From an uncultured Methanosarcinales archaeon (GTDB taxonomy: Archaea; Nanobdellota; Nanobdellia; Woesearchaeales; GW2011-AR9), in contig CAYTOG010000002.1 of the NCBI GenBank assembly GCA_964439765.1, positions 1-50,936 of the forward strand: a stretch of DNA of 50,936 nucleotides, given 5' to 3'. Positions within the stretch are counted from its first letter, which is position 1. Each line of letters starts with the position of its first letter. Shown piece after piece: positions 45,852-50,936 of the stretch. Both the position numbers and the translations under genes were made by a program. The notes under the pieces are model-generated. The model saw only the letters and a list, made by a program, of their open reading frames with translations. It ran no database searches and had not been told where the DNA came from.

Positions 45852-46252
45852 AGACATGTGTTTTTTCACTATTTTTGAGATTCTTCTCGTCGTAGAAGAA
45901 ACAGGAAAAAAGCCAAATTAGTCACCAGCTATAACAGGTGTTTGCAGAGTGGTGCCTAATTTGAGATTTAGAAGAAAAGAGAAGAATTTATCGTATTTTT
46001 GGACACCTGTTTTTTCGTGAAAAATTTTGGTCTTGTTGTCGTAGAAAGACTATGAATCAAGTGAATTAGTCACCCCTAATAAGAGATGTTGGAAGTGGTG
46101 GTGACTAAAAAGAGATCAGCAAAAAATCTCGTTTTTGGCCACAAGGATTTTCGCTAAAATCAAGAATTTTCTCGTCGTAAAGAACATAGAAAAAGCTCAA
46201 AAAAGTCACTGACTATAAGGCATGTTTGATAGGGTGGTGACAAGTTTGAGAT
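45852..46252. repeat. three degenerate tandem repeats (periods 149 and 136 bp), each with an internal inverted repeat
   Basis: Conserved blocks in each unit are GTTTTTTC / TCGTCGTAGAAGAA-like / TTAGTCACC ... GGTGACTAA / TTTGAGAT. Stem positions: unit 1 45918-26 and 45951-59 (one mismatch), unit 2 46066-74 and 46100-08 (perfect 9 bp), unit 3 about 46204-09 and 46236-41 (degenerate). Confidence 0.75.
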
Positions 46253-46276
46253 AAAAAAATGAATTAACTCAAGAAT

Positions 46277-47707
46277 TTATTTCATTTTGAAAATATAAAC
46301 TTCCTTCCTCTCTGGTCCTACCTGTGCAAAAAGGTTTCCATGTGCAGCATATACTGCATCACAAATTACATCCATTGAAGAATCCTGGGGATAACCTATG
46401 TGGAGTAAATCAAATCTACTTGGAAGTGGCCCATTAATTTGATCACGTCTTTTTGGCAATGTTGTTTCATTATAATGAGGTCTAAAAATTGCTTGCATAG
46501 GAGTTATACCAAACCCATCAAATATTGCTTGTACAACAAGGAAATTATCACCAAAAGCAAATTTACTAGAAGGATGAAGTGGCCCTAACCTATCTGTGTG
46601 TGTTTTCAAATCACCAAGATACTGTTGAGTTTGACCAGAATCATCTATCCCTGCAAGAATGTGGCCTCTTGGAAAATAGACATTTCCATCAAATGCTCCA
46701 AGCCGCATAGTCATATCATCCGCAGGACTCATTGCAAAAGAAGTTGGAAATGCCCCTTCATATTTTACTTCGTCTCCTGAATTAATTGAAATTACTTGAT
46801 GAACATGTGGTCTGTCCCTTCCGCCTTTTGAAACACTAAGAAATACCTGCCCATTAACAGCTAATGTATCGTGAATCCTAACTCCCCTTTCCAAAACTTT
46901 TTTTGTATCATACCTTCTTATAACTCCGCTTGCAGCATCTGGTCTTTGAAATGAATAAACTGTTGAATCTCCATCAGTTAAGACAACCATATTATTTGCT
47001 ACAGTAATTGAATGTTTTTGTGTAAGTTCTTCTATAAATCTGTGGAAACCTTTCCCAAATGCTTCTGGAAATTCAATTTCCCATCCAGCTATTCTTGAGC
47101 CTTCTCTGTACACAGAGAGATGACTATCCTTATCTAAAATGTACAGGTCTCCACTTTCATCAAAGGTTAATGCAATCGGTTCAGAATCAAGTTCTAGTGT
47201 CATTTCTAAACTAGCAGGATTAACTCTTCCTTGGTTTAATTGGTCTGCTCTTTGTCTATTAATCTCAAAACGTTCTTTCCCAGTATGTTGTAAATTTCTA
47301 ACATCTGACCAAGCATAACTAGCACTTTCTTTTTTATTCTTCAATTCCAAACAATATGCTACTGTTGCATGCGCTGTTTCTGGACCAAGAAGTTTTAATT
47401 CAATACCCCTTGTACCTCGAATAAATTGTCTGGCAGTCACTTCTCTTTGGACTAACTGGGCAGCAACTTTCTGTCCAACTTGATACTCATTAGTTGCCCA
47501 TCCACCATATACTGCAAGAAGAGGAGCTATTCTGATCAGATCTTCTGTTCCCATTCTTTCAATAACAGAATCATCCCATTCAAACCAACCATGTCCAAAT
47601 TTATGAGATCTGTGTCGTTCTGGTGCTAACTGAAAATGATCTACAAAGAATTTCCACTCATCTGGGTGATATGCTTGTTCACCTTTATGTGTTGGACATC
47701 TAACCAT
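46277..47707 (-). CDS. orphan 476-aa protein (element cargo)
   Basis: Long uninterrupted ORF that is visibly less Lys/Asn/Ile-rich and more Arg/His/Gly-rich than its neighbours. The C-terminal two-thirds looks beta-rich and repetitive. No family recognised. Confidence 0.6.
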   Translation of the reverse strand: MVRCPTHKGEQAYHPDEWKFFVDHFQLAPERHRSHKFGHGWFEWDDSVIERMGTEDLIRIAPLLAVYGGWATNEYQVGQKVAAQLVQREVTARQFIRGTRGIELKLLGPETAHATVAYCLELKNKKESASYAWSDVRNLQHTGKERFEINRQRADQLNQGRVNPASLEMTLELDSEPIALTFDESGDLYILDKDSHLSVYREGSRIAGWEIEFPEAFGKGFHRFIEELTQKHSITVANNMVVLTDGDSTVYSFQRPDAASGVIRRYDTKKVLERGVRIHDTLAVNGQVFLSVSKGGRDRPHVHQVISINSGDEVKYEGAFPTSFAMSPADDMTMRLGAFDGNVYFPRGHILAGIDDSGQTQQYLGDLKTHTDRLGPLHPSSKFAFGDNFLVVQAIFDGFGITPMQAIFRPHYNETTLPKRRDQINGPLPSRFDLLHIGYPQDSSMDVICDAVYAAHGNLFAQVGPERKEVYIFKMK

Positions 47708-47839
47708 ATGCCCTCAGGGTTTGGTTATTTTAAAAAGATATATGTTCTATTTTGAAATAATCTGTTTAATACCACAAATTATTTAATGTTAAACACTTTA
47801 CTTTTAACTAATAAACAAGACGATGGCTTTGGTTGCACA

Positions 47840-47873
47840 TAATTCTGTGTTACACATGTAAGCGCATCGGAAT
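47840..47873. repeat. terminal inverted repeat, right
   Basis: TAATTCTGTGTTACACATGTAAGCGCATCGGAAT, the partner of 43127-43160. Confidence 0.7.
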
Positions 47874-47887
47874 TCGGGGCGTCTGCA

Positions 47888-47901
47888 CGGCCGGCGCACT
47901 C
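47888..47901 (+). repeat. att direct repeat, right copy
   Basis: CGGCCGGCGCACTC, identical to tRNA positions 43106-43119. There is no T arm or the rest of a tRNA beside it. Confidence 0.8.
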
Positions 47902-47939
47902 TTTTTATTCTAAAGATTATATACAAAGAAAGTGACAAA

Positions 47940-49214
47940 TTAAAACTGATATTGTGAGCATTGTTCATAAGATGCTACAACATCAAATGTTTGTGCAATG
48001 ATATGGCCCACAGAAGCAAGGGTTTCTCTTGATGGCACAGTGACATCATTAGGAGTTCCATCTTTTCTCGCGCCCAGGAGAGGTAATGGTTCTTTACTAT
48101 GATATCCATAATCCCAAAACTTTGATCCCTTCAAATGAGTATGATAATCTAAGTCACCAGCATGCAACATTCCATGATCTGCTGTAACCAACAATAAATC
48201 TCCTTGATCCATTGCTTCAAGAATCAATTTAATGTTTCTATCAACTTCTTGAAGTGATCTTAAAGATCCCCTTACATCTTGAGTATGACCAAATACACTG
48301 TCAGTATCAACACAGTTTGCAAAAATAAGAACCCCTCCAGTATAACTCCTTGTATCATTAAGTGCATTTATAACTCCTTGGATAGTGTAAGGATTTGTAT
48401 CTTTCTTATCTGGATGTACAAATTGTAAGCCCAAACTTGGATCTAATTGAGATGGATCACTTAATTTTATTTTTCTGTCCCATGAGCCTGGGACTAGTTC
48501 TGCTGGTTTTCCCACACTAATTGTTTGTACTCCATACTGCTTTAAAATATCAATTAACATAGGGTCTTCTATTGGAAGTACTTTATCATGCCGATTAGCA
48601 GTCCTAACAACTGTACCATCATCTTTCACAACATAGGTTCGTGCGATTGCTCTTGTTATTTTAACACCCATTTCCCAAGCCAAGTCAAAAGCAATATCAC
48701 ATATTCTGTGGGCCTCAGCCACTGAAATAATTTCTTCGTCCGTTGCTATTTGAATTAATGGGTCACAAACACTTGCATAAACTATTGGTTTACCTGTTCT
48801 CTTGTGTTCTCTTCTATTTTGTTCAATTGCATCACTACCACCAGACATTTTGTTGAATATGGTTCCTTTTCCAATTCTCTTCTCTAAAGCTTGGATGTAT
48901 GGTCTTGGAAAACCACCATAAAATAAATCAAATTGATTATTATCTACAAGACAACACATTTCTCTGTGGCCAACAACACTATCAGCCTCTGCTGAAGCTT
49001 GCCTAAGTGCAACAGCCAGATCTGGACTTGTAACTGGAATAATCCTTGATTGATGTCTTTGTGCAATTAAATTTCCAAGACCCATTTGTGCTAAATTAGG
49101 AAGATGAACACTCCCAGAATGTCTATCAAGAAGATATTCTAAAGTCTTAAGACCCATTGCATCAATAACAAGGTTTACAACTCTTGGTTTTCTTTGCATA
49201 TGTCTAAATTTCAC
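47940..49214 (-). CDS. phosphopentomutase (DeoB)-like metalloenzyme
   Basis: N-terminal VIDAMG, LPNL..MGL, VVGHREM, NCVDTDSVFGH and TADHG segments parallel the DeoB motifs (LDSFG, LPNL, TGHWE, NxVDFDxxxGH, TADHG). Confidence 0.65.
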   Translation of the reverse strand: MKFRHMQRKPRVVNLVIDAMGLKTLEYLLDRHSGSVHLPNLAQMGLGNLIAQRHQSRIIPVTSPDLAVALRQASAEADSVVGHREMCCLVDNNQFDLFYGGFPRPYIQALEKRIGKGTIFNKMSGGSDAIEQNRREHKRTGKPIVYASVCDPLIQIATDEEIISVAEAHRICDIAFDLAWEMGVKITRAIARTYVVKDDGTVVRTANRHDKVLPIEDPMLIDILKQYGVQTISVGKPAELVPGSWDRKIKLSDPSQLDPSLGLQFVHPDKKDTNPYTIQGVINALNDTRSYTGGVLIFANCVDTDSVFGHTQDVRGSLRSLQEVDRNIKLILEAMDQGDLLLVTADHGMLHAGDLDYHTHLKGSKFWDYGYHSKEPLPLLGARKDGTPNDVTVPSRETLASVGHIIAQTFDVVASYEQCSQYQF

Positions 49215-49275
49215 TTCTTTCTTTATAAGAATTTGTTAAGAGAAGAAAATAGTTGAAATATTGTTTATTAATAAG

Positions 49276-49584
49276 TTATTTTTTTGATTTCTTTTTATGG
49301 TTTTTATGGGTTTCCAAATATCCTATTATTACATCAGCTCCAGCTAAAAAGTCCCCATTGATCTTTAGAACAGGAAGATCTGTATTTTCTGTTTTTTCAA
49401 ATAATTCTTTTCGAAGCGAAACATCTGAATCTCTGTCCACTTGACGCGTAGAATATGGAATTTTAAGAATTTTAAGCTGTTCTTCTACTTTCTTTGTTGC
49501 TTTATCACTTGGAATACAATAAAGAATTGCCTCATCACTTGATTTTTTTATTACTTTTGTTATTTTCTTGTTAAGAATCTTCAT
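49276..49584 (-). CDS. glutaredoxin-fold-like small protein lacking CxxC
   Basis: 102 aa. The LYCIPSD...LPVLKINGDFLAG pattern resembles the Grx/NrdH fold, but only one Cys sits at the active-site position. Confidence 0.35.
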   Translation of the reverse strand: MKILNKKITKVIKKSSDEAILYCIPSDKATKKVEEQLKILKIPYSTRQVDRDSDVSLRKELFEKTENTDLPVLKINGDFLAGADVIIGYLETHKNHKKKSKK

Positions 49585-49646
49585 GTTTCCTGGACCTTTG
49601 TATCATATTTTGATAAATGTTTCTATTATTGATTCTTTATTAAGAT

Positions 49647-50294
49647 TTATGGTTTTACTAGCTCCCTTAACGATGACTCTAAACGCAACATGAATGCTGT
49701 ATTCTTTATATTTGCTAAGAAAACATGAACTATCACTGCTACAGCAAAAGCAATTAGGCTTGCGAGCAAGACTAAATTGAAGACACCAAGAAATAAACCA
49801 ATAATTGCTTCACTTGAAATTATCCATGTCAAAGTAATTGGAATTGATGAGGCTGAAATTATACTTGCAACTGTTTCAGCTAATAATGGGTGATCTATAT
49901 TATCTCTGAACACATACCTCATGAACACAAAAAGTACTGCACTAATTAGGTATATCAACAATTTTTCTTTTCCCTGAACAGTAAATTCTGTAGTATTCAA
50001 AGTTAATATTGCCACTAAAAGTGTAGAATAAAGCGGCGACCAATATGATTTCACAATAGAGAAACTGATAAGCTGTACAACAAGAATAATTGAAATCCCT
50101 AATGCAAACTGTGTAAAAAATGAGGCCTCGATATAACTTCTGAAGAGCGCAAGGATTATTGCTGCTATAACACCAATAGAAGTTAACAACAAAATTTTAC
50201 GGTGCAAAACAGATCTTTTCTTTCCAGGATTTTTTTTTGCTTCCTTCTTAGATCTATTTCTTTTTCCTTTTCCTTTTTTTCTTTTTTGTTTCAT
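49647..50294 (-). CDS. multi-pass membrane protein with lysine-rich N-terminus
   Basis: 215 aa: a basic tail followed by about five hydrophobic helices. Its first 41 nt overlap the upstream ORF. Confidence 0.4.
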   Translation of the reverse strand: MKQKRKKGKGKRNRSKKEAKKNPGKKRSVLHRKILLLTSIGVIAAIILALFRSYIEASFFTQFALGISIILVVQLISFSIVKSYWSPLYSTLLVAILTLNTTEFTVQGKEKLLIYLISAVLFVFMRYVFRDNIDHPLLAETVASIISASSIPITLTWIISSEAIIGLFLGVFNLVLLASLIAFAVAVIVHVFLANIKNTAFMLRLESSLRELVKP

Positions 50295-50913
50295 TTTTTT
50301 GAATGTTACTTTCTACTTTAAGGGCCCCTTCGTGTAGTTTCTTCTCTTTTATTTTTCTTCCTTCTAACTCTGCTATGATTACTGGAAGTGTATGATTTAT
50401 TTCATTGAGCCTTTGGCGATATAATTTAGATTTTACTTTGTACTCTTTCGTTGATATTTTTTTATCGATAAAACACCTTTTTTGCAATTTTTTTAGCTGT
50501 TCTTGTACATGTTTCTCTTCAAGTTTTAATCGTTTTTTGCGATATTGCAATCTCTTTTTTCGTATTTTCTTTGACAGTGGGAAGGATAACACAACACAAA
50601 GTAATAGAACTTGAAGAATTTTTATCCAATTCCTCTCAAAGAAATTTTTACTAAAATTAGCTAAACCACTCTGCCTGTAGTCTTCTAATCTTATGTTTTC
50701 TAACATTAGTTTAATCTCAGAAATTAATTCAATAACTTCATCATATCTTTCATATTGGTATGCTTCATCAACTTCTTCAAATAACTCGCTTGCTGAACTT
50801 GTGTTTATTCCTTGATTTATCAATTCTTGTTCTTCCAAGTACAATAAAATGATCTCATCATGTAATCTTAGTGACTCCTCTTGTAGGAATTGAACCAGAA
50901 AACTCGCACTCAT
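50254..50913 (-). CDS. coiled-coil/TM protein with lysine-rich C-terminus
   Basis: 219 aa with one central TM helix. The frame upstream of the ATG stays open to the window edge (50936), so the N-terminus may be truncated by the window. Confidence 0.4.
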   Translation of the reverse strand: MSASFLVQFLQEESLRLHDEIILLYLEEQELINQGINTSSASELFEEVDEAYQYERYDEVIELISEIKLMLENIRLEDYRQSGLANFSKNFFERNWIKILQVLLLCVVLSFPLSKKIRKKRLQYRKKRLKLEEKHVQEQLKKLQKRCFIDKKISTKEYKVKSKLYRQRLNEINHTLPVIIAELEGRKIKEKKLHEGALKVESNIQKNETKKKKRKRKKK

Positions 50914-50936
50914 GCTATGAGAATAATTTCCTTCAG

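Larger units (their letters stand above)
43106..47901. mobile_element. tRNA-integrated element (about 4.8 kb) with tyrosine recombinase
   Basis: Bounded by an exact 14-bp direct repeat of the tRNA 3' end, with an integrase gene adjacent to the tRNA. Imperfect 34-bp inverted repeats lie just inside both ends. Cargo is small regulators, a repeat array and an orphan gene. Confidence 0.7.

Noticed and set aside
45852-46252. Possible CRISPR array.
   Set aside because: The units are 136-149 bp and degenerate, rather than short identical repeats separated by unique spacers. There are only three copies and no cas genes anywhere in the window.
45852-46252. Tiny paralogous peptides encoded by the three repeat units (minus-strand frames reading FFYDEK.., SFYDNK.., LYDEK..; a plus-strand 21-aa ORF in unit 1).
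   Set aside because: The frames lack consistent start codons: unit 2 has no ATG/GTG/TTG, and unit 3 has only a GTG inside the hairpin arm. Stops fall at different places, and the amino-acid similarity is explained by the nucleotide conservation.
46277-47707. Rolling-circle Rep (HUH) assignment for the 476-aa orphan, based on PHVHQVISI.
   Set aside because: It is a single H-V-H tripeptide with no recognisable motif I and no downstream YxxK catalytic motif in the right order. The surrounding sequence looks beta-repetitive, and an HUH triplet is expected by chance in a protein of this size.
47875-47905. Second tRNA gene or split-tRNA 3' half.
   Set aside because: Only the 14 nt CGGCCGGCGCACTC match the tRNA. 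There is no T arm (TTCAAAT loop) or other tRNA element, so it is better explained as the duplicated att core.

Overview
AT-rich (about one-third GC by eye), densely coded window that looks archaeal. The archaeal markers are a TFS/RpoM zinc-ribbon factor, a tRNA with a bulge-helix-bulge intron at position 37/38, a ZPR1 finger, a GTPase + DUF2073 + DUF2072 trio and a PGF-pre-PGF-like surface domain. It also carries many bacterial-type metabolic genes, a pattern consistent with a small-genome DPANN-like archaeon, but that is inference only.

Gene content in order:
- thymidylate/folate cluster (tmk, glyA, long ThyX-like, folC, folA, Nudix)
- CARDB surface protein with a MacB/FtsX-type ABC transporter
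- assorted housekeeping enzymes
- bacterial-type pentose-phosphate operon (tal-pgi-zwf-gnd) whose zwf is broken at an A8 run
- tandem pseudo-TK/TK fusion
- 2009-aa cysteine-rich membrane-anchored surface protein
- nth and gpsA
- redox-defence island (trx, nitroreductase, prx, sod)
- roughly 4.8-kb integrase-bearing element inserted at tRNA-Gly

The integrated element is bounded by a 14-bp direct repeat plus 34-bp imperfect inverted repeats. It carries three degenerate hairpin-containing repeats of about 140 bp and a 476-aa orphan gene.

The best candidates for something undescribed are that element, with its repeat array and orphan cargo, and the giant Cys-module protein. No CRISPR array, rRNA gene or recognisable defence system was seen. 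All family calls are motif-level readings of the supplied translations; no searches were run.
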